Origin: an uncultured bacterium
Lineage (GTDB): Bacteria; Verrucomicrobiota; Kiritimatiellia; RFP12; UBA1067
Direction of reading: 5' to 3'
NCBI GenBank assembly: GCA_942493055.1
Contig: OW818680.1
Location: forward strand, 4,184,529-4,248,528
Length of the DNA: 64,000 nucleotides
Positions 45,290-55,100 of the stretch are shown here, piece by piece. The translations under genes were made by a program, and so were the position numbers. The notes under the pieces were generated by a model that had not been told where the DNA came from, did no database searches, and was given only the letters and a program-made list of their open reading frames with translations. Every line of letters starts with the position of its first letter. The stretch's first letter is position 1.

Positions 45290-47143
45290 CTACCAGACCT
45301 TGACATCTGTTCCAGCCGGAACTGGTTTCTCAAACGGACCGGGGAACGGGTTCGTGGCATCGCGTTTCTTGCCGAAGTAATCGGTGTCGATCTTAAACGG
45401 CGAACCGTCCGGATTCTCAAACGGCAGGTCGGGGATCACTGCTTTGCCGAGCATCTCGGAGGTGACCAGCTTGCGCGGCTGTTCAGTCGCCCATGCAGGA
45501 TCGCAGGCGAGGGTGAGATACCAGCCGTCCGTCTTTTGCGTCAGCGTGATGCCAGGGTTGAAGTCGGCCTTGATTAACGCTTCCTTGTCGAACTTCGACG
45601 GTTTTGCGCCTTGGGTGAAAACATTTCCCGTTGCCGTAACCGGCAGGACCGCGCTGTCATACGCATTCAGATTGCACGTTCCCGCCAACAGGTTGTTGTG
45701 CCAGCGGACATCGCCGATCGGGCAGTCACGCCTGCCGGCCAGTTCCGTACTGTGCGCTTTGTGGTAGGGGGTTTGACGACCGTCGCGCTGAATACGAAGC
45801 TTGCCCAGAACCAGATTGTGCGCGTAGGAGCCTCCCTGGGAATTGGAGAGATAGCCGCCTGGCGAAAGCAGGATGTTGTTGGCGATGAGAAACGGCCCGT
45901 GATTCACTTCCGTGAAGATGTCGTTGCCCGCATTGTCATGGAACAGGTTGCCAATGACCTGTGTCCCCTGCGCCATCCAATCCAGCCACAGCCCGCCGTG
46001 CGTGCCACACTTATAGATGTGGTTGCCCTTGATGACAACGTCGAGCGCGGCATGGAACTTGATCCCGGCCATTTCCGCTCCTCCCCAGCCCTGATTGAGG
46101 TTGATGTCGTGTATTTCATTGTTCTCGATCCGGCTGAAGGCGCAGCCGAGGCTGCCTACGATGCCCGTCTGGCCGCAGTGATGGATATGGTTGCTCCGGA
46201 CAACGTGGCTGCCGATCTTCTCCTTGAACCAGCCGCCTGATTTCAATGCATCGGCGATGGTTCCGTCGTAACCTTCCTTGTTGCCGCGCTTGTTGTCGTA
46301 TTCGTCGGAATACTTGCCGAGTGCAATGCCGCAGCAGCGGGAATTGCTGATCTCGTTGTTCTCGATGAGCCACCCCTTGCACCAATACGCCGTGACCAGA
46401 CCCTGCTGGCCCGAAGTCGGCGCGGCCCAGTTGGAGGCGGCATTGCGCAGGTCGAAGCCCCGCACGGTGAGGTAATCGATATTCGTCTTTTCCGGCGTGA
46501 AGACCGTGGGGCGGACATTGATTTCGACCGCGCTTTCGTTCGGGTTGACACCGGGGAATTGGGCGTAGATGACCGTGCTGCCCGCAGGGACAGCGGGGGT
46601 CTCTACCAAACCATCCACTGTGGCAAACCACAGCGGCTTGGCGCCGGCGGGTTTCATGACAACCTCCCTGTCGGGCGCCTCCGCAAGCGACTCGTTTCCG
46701 AGATAGACACAGCCGCGGTGGTGCACGCGACCTTGCGGGCTAAACCAGTCACCATGAACCTTCTCGGCGTAGGGATTGAAGGCGCCGAAGAACGTGTTCG
46801 GGATCGTCACGCTCCAGGTGTCATTCGTGACCTTGGCCCACCCCTTGACCGGCTCGGAGCCAGTGATGACGACCTTCTCGCCGGGGGCGGCCTGATAGAC
46901 GATCCGCTGGGCGTCAGACACGCCGCCCCGGGGCGGATTGATGCGCTCGCGGTAGATGCCCTCGTGCACGGTGATGACGTCGCCGGGTTGCGCGAGATCC
47001 GCACCACGCTGGATCGTGCGTAAAGGGGCGCTCTGCGTCCCGGCATTGGCATCCTTGCCCGTGAGCGCCACATGAAACTCCGTGGCATGTAAGGTGGAAA
47101 CCAGCGCGACTAAACTTAATAATGTGACTCTTTCTTGCCTCAT
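45290..47143 (-). CDS. Secreted right-handed parallel beta-helix repeat protein (pectin-lyase fold; probable polysaccharide lyase or hydrolase)
   Basis: Signal peptide present. There are multiple parallel-beta-helix repeat signatures (NNEISNSRCCGIALG, SNHIHHCGQTGIVG, IENNEIHDIN, IKGNHIYKCGTHGGLWLDW, IGNLFHDNAGNDIF). 617 aa. Confidence 0.7.
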   Translation of the reverse strand: MRQERVTLLSLVALVSTLHATEFHVALTGKDANAGTQSAPLRTIQRGADLAQPGDVITVHEGIYRERINPPRGGVSDAQRIVYQAAPGEKVVITGSEPVKGWAKVTNDTWSVTIPNTFFGAFNPYAEKVHGDWFSPQGRVHHRGCVYLGNESLAEAPDREVVMKPAGAKPLWFATVDGLVETPAVPAGSTVIYAQFPGVNPNESAVEINVRPTVFTPEKTNIDYLTVRGFDLRNAASNWAAPTSGQQGLVTAYWCKGWLIENNEISNSRCCGIALGKYSDEYDNKRGNKEGYDGTIADALKSGGWFKEKIGSHVVRSNHIHHCGQTGIVGSLGCAFSRIENNEIHDINLNQGWGGAEMAGIKFHAALDVVIKGNHIYKCGTHGGLWLDWMAQGTQVIGNLFHDNAGNDIFTEVNHGPFLIANNILLSPGGYLSNSQGGSYAHNLVLGKLRIQRDGRQTPYHKAHSTELAGRRDCPIGDVRWHNNLLAGTCNLNAYDSAVLPVTATGNVFTQGAKPSKFDKEALIKADFNPGITLTQKTDGWYLTLACDPAWATEQPRKLVTSEMLGKAVIPDLPFENPDGSPFKIDTDYFGKKRDATNPFPGPFEKPVPAGTDVKVW

Positions 47144-47169
47144 GCTTCTGTTCCTTTCAAAACTTTATT

Positions 47170-47330
47170 GGAATGATGGAATGCAGGAATACTGGAATGA
47201 TGGGAAGTACATGTCTTTGGAGGGCCACGCTCTGTCGTGGCCGGACGCGACAGAGCGCGTCCCTCCAGTATGCTGTCCATGTTTTCTCGCATGATTCCTC
47301 TATTCCACCATTCCCATATTCCATTATTCC
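47170..47330. repeat. Composite intergenic repeat variant (TGGAATR arm, alternative hairpin core with the same GGAGGG/CCCTCC outer stem, ATTCC arm)
   Basis: In the core tggagggccacgctctgtcgtggccggacgcgacagagcgcgtccctcca, the inner hairpin differs (acgctctgtcg/cgacagagcg) while the outer stem is conserved. Confidence 0.75.
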
Positions 47331-47332
47331 TC

Positions 47333-48586
47333 TTACGAATTGCCTTTGATCGCCTTGAACATGGCCAGCATATTTTCGACGGGCGTGGTGGCCTGGACGT
47401 TATGGATCGCGTCAAAGACAAAGCCACCTCCGTCGCCGAAGATCTCAATGCGCTCGCAGCATTCGCGATAGACCTCCTCCGGGGTGCCGAATGCAAGTGT
47501 CTGCTGCGTATTGGCTGCGGCGCCCCAGAAGGTGATCTCCTGTCCGAACTCGCATTTTAATCTGTTGGCATCCATGCCCTCTGCTGAACATTGTACGGGG
47601 TTCAGGATGTCGAAGCCAGCATCAATGAAATCAGGGATCAATTCACTGACCGCGCCGCAGGAGTGGATAAAGGTCTTCCACGTCGAGTGTGCATGAATGA
47701 ATTTGTTGATGGCGATGTGGTAAGGCTTGAACATCTCGCGATAAGCATCGGGACTGATAAAGAGTCCGCGCTGCGTTCCGAAGTCCGTGCCAGTGAGGAA
47801 GACAGCCTGAACGGTATGGCCTAAAAGGTCAATGAGCGTTTTCAAGTTCTTCAATCCGATCTCGCACTGCTTTTCGAAGATCGCATGGACATACTCCTTG
47901 CGAATAGCCGTTGAAATATACCACTCCTCGATGTCGCGGATGCCCTTGGGATATTTCATCCAGGGGGCAGGGACGAGCGCGATATCCCCGAAGGCTGTGC
48001 CCGGCATGGTCATCACGACGCCCTTGCCTGAAGCATCCAACGCCGCCTTCCGTTGGCGATACCAAGCGATGTCCTCTGAGCTCAGCAAGCCAAACTCTTC
48101 GGTGTTGTCCGCAGGATTCAGGTGGTCGTCATCCACAGGCGGCTGCCGGATAAGTGAGTCAAAGAAGTGAAACCCTTTTGGCATGCGGCCGCTGGGCGGG
48201 GCAGAGCGGTCACCTTCCGGATAAATGAGCAGGTCGCCATTCGCGTCCGTTGTCGTGTTAAAGTTCTCGGGCACCAGCACAGGTGTCCCGTCAAAGAGGG
48301 TGAAGGGTTTCCAGTCTCTGTTTTCAAACCCGAAAAGATTCTTGCGTGTTAGCAAACCTTCGACATCGATGCCGAGTTTTTCGGCCAACTCCGCGTCGAC
48401 CTCGCCCAGCATCTGATAGGGCTCGATCACCTTCACGCGATAGGCCGGATCCGGGAGCAGCGCCTGGCGCAGGCGATGGACGGCTGCTACATGGATGCCG
48501 GTCACGGCTGTGCTTCCGAAGTCAACAGCCACGCGGTCGGGCTGCTGATGGTTCAACGTCATCTGCAAACGTTCTCTATGCGTCAT
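47333..48586 (-). CDS. Uroporphyrinogen-decarboxylase-like (URO-D superfamily; MtaA/CmuA-type methyltransferase family) protein
   Basis: The start was chosen at MTHRERLQ (nt 48586), which has a strong RBS (aaggagg); the longer ORF runs to 48652. A URO-D family fold is suggested by the conserved C-terminal HSCGAV...FDILNPVQ region. It lies in the sugar-utilisation cluster. Confidence 0.7.
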   Translation of the reverse strand: MTHRERLQMTLNHQQPDRVAVDFGSTAVTGIHVAAVHRLRQALLPDPAYRVKVIEPYQMLGEVDAELAEKLGIDVEGLLTRKNLFGFENRDWKPFTLFDGTPVLVPENFNTTTDANGDLLIYPEGDRSAPPSGRMPKGFHFFDSLIRQPPVDDDHLNPADNTEEFGLLSSEDIAWYRQRKAALDASGKGVVMTMPGTAFGDIALVPAPWMKYPKGIRDIEEWYISTAIRKEYVHAIFEKQCEIGLKNLKTLIDLLGHTVQAVFLTGTDFGTQRGLFISPDAYREMFKPYHIAINKFIHAHSTWKTFIHSCGAVSELIPDFIDAGFDILNPVQCSAEGMDANRLKCEFGQEITFWGAAANTQQTLAFGTPEEVYRECCERIEIFGDGGGFVFDAIHNVQATTPVENMLAMFKAIKGNS

Positions 48587-48609
48587 ACAAACCTCCTTGG
48601 CTATAACTT

Positions 48610-48775
48610 GATTTCTTTTTACCGCAAAGAACACAAAGATCTCAAAGATCAACTTCTAAATGTTTTGTCTTGTACTCAGGGTTAATCTGTTTTCTCTGTG
48701 TTCTTTGTGGTAAAAAGTTCTCAAACCGCGCAATCCATAGCTAAATTTTACTCCTTCGTTCGCTCCTGCCCAGAA
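48610..48775. repeat. Dispersed repeat module (tttaccgcaaagaacacaaagatctcaaagat...), second copy
   Basis: A near-duplicate of 10383-10590, including the internal inverted segment ctgttttctctgtgttct. The ORF 48476-48685 is repeat-encoded. Confidence 0.75.
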
Positions 48776-48938
48776 GAGGCTGGGCACATCACGAGACTCG
48801 AATGTTATTATATTCGCACAAAGGCTGTAATAATGGAATGCCTTAAATTTCAAAAAACATATCTTAGATTACAAATATTCAAAAAAGCATGACGAGATAT
48901 GCCTTGCATATAGAGGGGTAATTTGTTGAAATAAGCCA

Positions 48939-49766
48939 ATGAAAAAAGGAGATATCGCCTACGATGGGGAAAAAGTGGAGTGGAATCAGCGGCATATCCA
49001 TTCCGCCAATTCGACCTTTGGCCACGTCAGCTACAATCCCGGGGGATACTGCGGACCGCGCGTCCAGCGTGACTTCGAATTGGTGATGCTCTCTTCAGGT
49101 TCATGTTCGATGACGATTGACCAGGCGACCTTCCCCTTGCAGATCGACAAGGTCTATCTCTTTACACCGGGCCATCACGAACGGTTTGTTTTTTCTGAGA
49201 CCCAGAAAACGCGCCATTTTTGGTGTAGCGTGGAGCCCTCCTCTTTGTCCCGTGAGATGAGACATGCTTTACTAGCTGCTACAGAAAAGGCGCTTACGCC
49301 CTCGGAGTGCTTCCACCGAATCATCTCCTCTGCGTTCATGCTCAGTATCACGGATTCGCCTGATGCTCAACAGGTGGTGGACCTTCTGGCCAAGGCGCTA
49401 TTTGCAGAATTCCTGCATCTTGCAAAGCATGAAAAGAATCAGCCGGATCTCTTGATACGTCGGATCCTCCGCCACATGGAAGACCACTTTGCGGACGAAG
49501 CCTGCCTGCGTGAAGCGAAGCGTCTGTCCGGATACTCAGAAACGGCATTTATCTATAAAATCAAATACGTAACAGGTCAAACCCCCTCACGTTACCTGTG
49601 GCAGTTGCGTACCGAGAAGGGCATCCAGCTCCTCTCGGAGACAGGTCTTTCGATCTCGGAGATTGCTTATCGGTGCGGGTTTAAGAACCCTTTTCATTTT
49701 TCACGCAGTGTCCGCCGAATTCAGGGTGTCTCGCCCCGCGCGATCCGGCAGTCCGCGTGGAAATAA
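48939..49766 (+). CDS. AraC/XylS family transcriptional regulator (cupin-like N-terminus, C-terminal double HTH)
   Basis: The C-terminal ISEIAYRCGFKNPFHFSRSVRRIQGVSPRAIR is a typical AraC HTH. The N-terminal half resembles an AraC ligand-binding cupin. Confidence 0.85.
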   Translation: MKKGDIAYDGEKVEWNQRHIHSANSTFGHVSYNPGGYCGPRVQRDFELVMLSSGSCSMTIDQATFPLQIDKVYLFTPGHHERFVFSETQKTRHFWCSVEPSSLSREMRHALLAATEKALTPSECFHRIISSAFMLSITDSPDAQQVVDLLAKALFAEFLHLAKHEKNQPDLLIRRILRHMEDHFADEACLREAKRLSGYSETAFIYKIKYVTGQTPSRYLWQLRTEKGIQLLSETGLSISEIAYRCGFKNPFHFSRSVRRIQGVSPRAIRQSAWK

Positions 49767-49782
49767 TGGTTTCGTGTTTTAG

Positions 49783-50010
49783 CGCAAAAACCGCAATAAG
49801 AAGGGCGGTTATCTCGTCTGCCTCACGCTGAATACAGCACGGCAGAACGGATAACCGCCCAGATAAAACGAATTTCATTTTCATCAGCAAAAAACAAGTT
49901 TTTTGCTGATGAAAATTGAGTTGATTCCGCGCAAATGTTCGCTCCGCCGTCCATGTATTCATGGGTGAGGCGGGCGTGACATTTGCGCTATCCTTTGCGG
50001 CTTTTGCGAT
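49783..50010 (+). repeat. Structured dispersed repeat of about 230 bp, copy C (diverged first half, conserved terminal module)
   Basis: Its terminal module ttccgcgcaaatgttcgctccgccgtccatgtattcatgggtgaggcgggcgtgacatttgcgct is about 97% identical to copy A. In its inverted repeat gcggttatc...gataaccgc and hairpin tcatcagcaaaaaacaagttttttgctgatga, pairing is preserved by compensatory changes relative to copies A and B. It ends 97 bp upstream of the Gfo/Idh/MocA gene. Confidence 0.8.
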
Positions 50011-50106
50011 AGAATCTTAAAAAACCGTGAAGAACCCAAAAAAGTTTTGTTTTTTCAAGGCATTATGATATGTTAATTAAAACTAACCAAGGGAGGAGTT
50101 TCTCAA

Positions 50107-51447
50107 ATGATTCTCAATCGTCGAAACATGTTGAAGGGACTTGCGTGCGCGGGTGCGCCGCTGATTTTGCCGTCAAGCGTCTGGGCTCAGGGAGCTAAGG
50201 CAAATGCGAAGATCCGTGTCGGATGCGTGGGCATGGGGACGCAGATGCGTGGCGTCATGGGCGGCTTCCGCTCAAATGACGGTGTTGAAGTCGTCGCGGT
50301 CTGCGACGTGGACACCACGCGCCGCACAGCCGCACTCGAATCCTTGAAGGCAGCCTATAAGAATGGCGGGCCTGAAGTCAAGGCCTACAATGATTATCGT
50401 GAATTGCTGGCGGACAAGTCGATTGATGTCGTCATTGTCGCGACGCCGGATCACTGGCATGCCATTGTCACCATCGAAGCCTTGAAGGCCGGCAAGGATG
50501 TCTATTGCGAGAAGCCGCTGACCCATAACATCAAAGAGGCGATCGCTGTCATGGATGCGGTGAAGAAATACAACCGCGTGTTGCAGACGGGTTCGATGCA
50601 GCGTTCCGCCAATCCGGAATTCCGAGTCGCAAGCGAATTGGTTCGGAACGATGTGCTCGGCAAGATCAAGACCATCGAGATTAACATCGGCGCTCCTGCG
50701 ATTCCGTATGATTTGAAGGAAGAGACTATGGAGCCGGGACTTGACTGGGACAAGTGGTGCGGGCCAGCACCGTTGGTCGCGTATCATTCTCAGCTCTCGC
50801 CGCGCGGCGTGCACAAAGGATTCCCGAATTGGCGTCGTTATCGCGAATTTGCCACAGGCATGATCGGTGACTGGGGTGCGCATCACATTGACATCGCCCA
50901 CTGGGGCATGGGCATGGATGACAGCGGTCCTGTTGAAATCCTGCCTTCCACAAATCCGAACAATACGGATGGCGTGTCGATGAAATATGCCAGCGGCGTG
51001 GTGCTCACACACATCGCCAAGGGCAACGGCCTGAAGTTCGTCGGTGAAAACGGCGAAGTGTATGCTGCCCGCGGCAAATTCCACCTCAAGCTGGACGGCA
51101 AGGATTTTGTCCGTTTCATTGACAAGGAGCAGGACAAGACGATCTCTTGCGAAGGTGCCTATACCAAGGCGAGCAAGACCTTCCTGAAGGATGCCAAGGT
51201 CAAGCTGGAAGTCAGCAAGAACCATGTCCGCAACTTCCTGGACTGTGTCAGGGATCGCAAGGCAAAGCCCATCACCAGCGAATTGGTCGGCGGCCATACG
51301 GCCATCGCCTGCCACTTGATGAGCCAGGCGTATTACAACAAGCAGCGCATGTGCTGGGATCCCAAGGCCTTCGCCTTCACGAACGGCACGGGCAACCCGG
51401 ACTGGCTGACGCGCGCGTATCGCGGGGCTGTCCTCCCGACCGTATAA
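50107..51447 (+). CDS. Gfo/Idh/MocA-family NAD(P)-dependent oxidoreductase with a twin-arginine signal (GH109-like architecture)
   Basis: Tat-like N-terminus (RRNMLKGLACAGAPLILPSSVWAQ). Rossmann motif GCVGMGTQMRG. Gfo/Idh/MocA blocks VVIVATPDHWHA and EKPL. Confidence 0.85.
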   Translation: MILNRRNMLKGLACAGAPLILPSSVWAQGAKANAKIRVGCVGMGTQMRGVMGGFRSNDGVEVVAVCDVDTTRRTAALESLKAAYKNGGPEVKAYNDYRELLADKSIDVVIVATPDHWHAIVTIEALKAGKDVYCEKPLTHNIKEAIAVMDAVKKYNRVLQTGSMQRSANPEFRVASELVRNDVLGKIKTIEINIGAPAIPYDLKEETMEPGLDWDKWCGPAPLVAYHSQLSPRGVHKGFPNWRRYREFATGMIGDWGAHHIDIAHWGMGMDDSGPVEILPSTNPNNTDGVSMKYASGVVLTHIAKGNGLKFVGENGEVYAARGKFHLKLDGKDFVRFIDKEQDKTISCEGAYTKASKTFLKDAKVKLEVSKNHVRNFLDCVRDRKAKPITSELVGGHTAIACHLMSQAYYNKQRMCWDPKAFAFTNGTGNPDWLTRAYRGAVLPTV

Positions 51448-51472
51448 TGTTTAGGTCACTACAACGAAAAAA

Positions 51473-51501
51473 GGCGCGCCCGTGCGGGTGCGCCTTTTTT
51501 T
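51473..51501 (+). terminator. Rho-independent terminator after the Gfo/Idh/MocA gene
   Basis: The GC hairpin ggcgcgcccg-tg-cgggtgcgcc (with one G-U pair) is followed by TTTTTTT, 26 bp after the stop codon. Confidence 0.7.
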
Positions 51502-51842
51502 ATGTACGATGTCGATAATTCTACCGCAAAAACCGCGAAAGATTGCACGGCTATAGGGGCCCGGCGGATCCGCACGGGTTCCATTAATCCGCCTCACCCG
51601 TGATCCGCCAAGGCTACGGCGGCCAGGCGTCGGCGTTCCCAGAGGATAAGGTGGCGGAGCCGTCCCGGCTCCGGCGGGCAAGATGCCCGCGCTCCTTTGA
51701 GGGCAGCAATAGAAAGGAGCGTGGGCGCCTGCCTCGCCGTAGCCTCAGCGTAGGCGGGTCCCGCCCGCATGAAAGAGGAGGGGCATTCTTGGCGACAGGG
51801 GGACAGACAAGAATGGCGCTAAGATAAGCGACGGCTCGCCAA

Positions 51843-52075
51843 AGTCTCGCCCTCCAACTTGCGGAGCTGTATTAAAGTGGAGGGCGAAGCTGTGCTGAGC
51901 CGCAAAAATACGGCCCGAACGTGCTTATCTTGGAGCCATTCCTATCTGTCCACCAGTTGCCCGTCTACCATGTTGCCGATATGAAAAGTTAGTGGCATTG
52001 GGCGAGGACGCCTATACGCCCAGGAGTTGCAATGAATCAAAACGCACCCGTTGTATAGGGTCTCGGTATTTTCCT
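51843..52075. repeat. Upstream region of the giant helicase carrying copies of two dispersed motifs (gtctcgccctccaac...ggagggcgaagctgtgc; gacgcctatacgcccagg)
   Basis: 51843-51915 is related to the tandem units at 60722-60870 (ctggagggtgaggctgtgccgaaccgtgcaaa). 52007-52025 matches the CCTATACGCC family at 18420-18660. gacagggggacagacaag (51793-51810) also occurs at 36349-36366. Confidence 0.65.
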
Positions 52076-52167
52076 GTAGCGCGGGATTTTTCAGTTGCGC
52101 TTTGTTTTCATCGATAGTAAAATCATCCCAATCTGCAACAGTTCAAATGATAAGGAAGGATTTAGGC

Positions 52168-55100
52168 ATGTCTGCTGATTTACAGCCAATGAATGGGACA
52201 GTCAAAATAGACCTGGACTATTGCAACAAGATTAATCTGTCCGCCTATCAGAAGCGAATTCTGATTGTCCGCTCTCTGCGTCTCACCAATGCGACTGAGC
52301 AGGTTTTGGAGGGCGTGGTCTGTGTCATCTCCGCAGCACCGGCGATGATCTGTGCAAAGAAAGTCTTTATCGAACAGCTCCCGGCGGGGGCGGAATATGT
52401 TGTCCAGCAGGTGGATGTCGAGGCGGATTATGCCTTTATCACGCAGCTCTCGGATAAAGTGGTCGGGCAGGTGACGGTCTCTGTCTATCAAGGTGACGTA
52501 CTCCTGGCGGAAAGCGCCTACCCCATGGAGGCTTATGCAGCAGACCAGTGGCTCGGCGCCTCTCTTTATCCGGAGTTGCTGTGCTCCTTCGTAACGCCGA
52601 ACCTGGAGGTCATCTCGGGCTTAATGGGGGAGGTCGCCGTTGAGCTGGAGCGGTTGACAGCGTCGTCTGCGATTAACGGGTATCAGAGCCAGGACAAGAA
52701 GAGAGCCTACGCGATATGCACAGCGGCGTATCGAGCCGTCCTAAACTGGCAAATCAACTATGCCAATCCGCCTGCCTCCTTTGAAGGGCAGCGCATCCGT
52801 TTTGCGGATGCGATTTATAAATTCAGGCTGGGAACCTGCCTGGATACGACACTGCTTTTAGCCTCCGTAGTGGAGCAATGCGGGCTCCATCCTGTCATCA
52901 TGCTCACGAAAGGGCACGCCTATTTAGGGTGCCACCTGAAAGACTTCTATTTTTCAGAACCCGTGGTGGCTGACTTACAAACCATTCGTAAGCTGGTGGG
53001 ACTGGATGACTTCGTGGTCTTTGAGACGACCTGCGTGACGAAGGGCACCTCTTTTGAGAGCGCGGAAGCAGAGGCGAGGAGGGCTCACCTGAATGACGAT
53101 GACGCGTTTGTCTTTGCTCTTGATGTGATGTGCGCCCGCAAATGTGGAATATTGCCCCTGCCATTGAAACGCAGCACAGACGGGATTGAGTTTAATCCGC
53201 CGGAGACGCAGAAGCGAAATACAGGCAAGGAGACCATCAGGGAACTGGAAACCGCGATTGAAGTGGAGGAACAGTCTGTCGCTGGCAATCGCATCATGCG
53301 CTGGCGGCAGAAGCTGCTTGACCTCTCCTTGCGTAACAGGCTGCTGAATGCGAAGGAGAACAACAAACAGTTCGTGCGGCTGCTGTGCCATGATATTTCG
53401 GCGCTTGAGGATAATCTCGCCTCGCGCCAGTCTTTTCAGATCTTGCCGTTTGGAAACCTCGTTCATTCGGATGAGCAGGAACTGCGGAACATGAGCCTGT
53501 TGAGCAAGCTGCAGATCACAGACGATATAAAAGCGCGAATTGAAAGTGAAATGAAGCAAGGCCGGCTCTTATCCCCCTTGTCGGAAGAGGTTCTCAAGGC
53601 CCGGCTCAAGGAGTTGTATCGTCAGGGCATAGCAGATATCGAAGAGGGCGGTGTGAATACCCTTTTTCTGGCGGCAGGTTTTTTGTCGCATCCCAATCCG
53701 AATCAACCGACCTCCTGCATCGCACCCATCATCCTCATTCCGATCCGACTTGAGCGGCCCTCCGGCAATCAGGCGGTGACCCTTTCACGGATGGACGATG
53801 AAGCGGTGATCAATGTGACGCTTCTTGAGTTGCTGCGCAAGGAGTTTAAGGTGAGCATCCCCGGCGTGGATCCCCTGCCGACCGATGACATGGGTGTCGA
53901 TGTGAAGAAGGTGATGCAGATCTTCCGGCAGGCCCTGTGCGATGTGAAGGGGTGCGAAGTGCTTGAAGAGATTGCACTCGGGCGATTTTCCTTCAACAAG
54001 TTCATCATGTGGAATGACCTGACGGCACGCGAGGAAATCCTGAAAAACAATGAAATCGTAAGGCATCTCGTATCCGGCGAAGCCATGTTTGACGATGGCG
54101 TGGAGGTCTTTGACCCGAAAGATGTTGATTCCAATCTGGTGTATTCGGATCTCTTTTGCCCTGTCAGCGCAGACTCCTCGCAAGTCGCGGCCGTCATATA
54201 CTCGGGCATGGACAAGAATTTTGTGCTCCATGGTCCGCCCGGGACAGGGAAGTCGCAAACGATCACCAACATCATCGCCCATAACCTCGCCAGGGGTAAG
54301 AAAGTCCTTTTTGTCTCAGAAAAGAAGGCGGCGCTTGACGTGGTCTATCGTCGGCTCAGCCAGATCGGGCTGCAGCCGTTCTGCCTTGAATTGCACTCCA
54401 ACAAGACGGGCAAGGCGGATGTGCTGAAGCAGTTTTCCGAAGTCCTTGAGCTGCCGGAGATGGGTGCGCCCCAGGGATGGGACGCGACAGTCACGGAACT
54501 GGCAAAACTTCGGCAGGCGCTTCATTTATATACGACAGACCTGCATCACGTTTATCCGAACAGGTTGTCGGCATACGACTGCTTTGCCAGGGTCATGAGC
54601 TGCGCGCAGGGAGCGTGGATTGACGGATGGTTTTCGTGTGACCTGCTAACCGACACGACCGAGCAGTATGAAGAGAGAAAAGCATTTGCTGCGGATCTGG
54701 GGCAGGCCTACCGGTATGTGTCCGAAGCGGCTCAGCAGGCCTTTTCGGGGCTTGCCACCTTTGAGTGGAACCCGCAAGTCGAGCGGGAATTCAAGATGCG
54801 TGCAGAAGGGCTCCGGGATTGTGCGAGAGCGCTGGCAAAGGTCTTTCAGCCCCATGCGACCACGCTTGGACTTCCAGCGGAGGAGACGGGGTTAAAGAGG
54901 GTTTATGAGGTCGCTGCTCTTTTTGAGGTGCTGAAAGACTCAGAAGCGATCCCGTCGGATTTCATATCACAGGACTTTGCCTCAAACAGGGTGGAACTGG
55001 AGCGAGCCATTGGCAATGCCCTCCAGTTTGTAAAGGCGAGGGATGAGCTGGCTCCCTACAATCTGGATGCACTGGCCGCTGTGGACTGGGATTCGGTCCT

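Noticed and set aside
51600-51830. A GC-rich structured intergenic segment examined for a tRNA or other RNA gene
   Set aside because: No cloverleaf with a T-loop (GTTCRANYC) or anticodon arm could be found by eye. The segment is composed of recognisable dispersed-repeat modules instead.
52051-52167. A longer N-terminal extension of the giant helicase ORF starting at 52051
   Set aside because: There is no RBS before 52051 and the extension peptide is Ser/Phe/Cys-rich low complexity. The internal ATG at 52168 has a good aaggaagga RBS.
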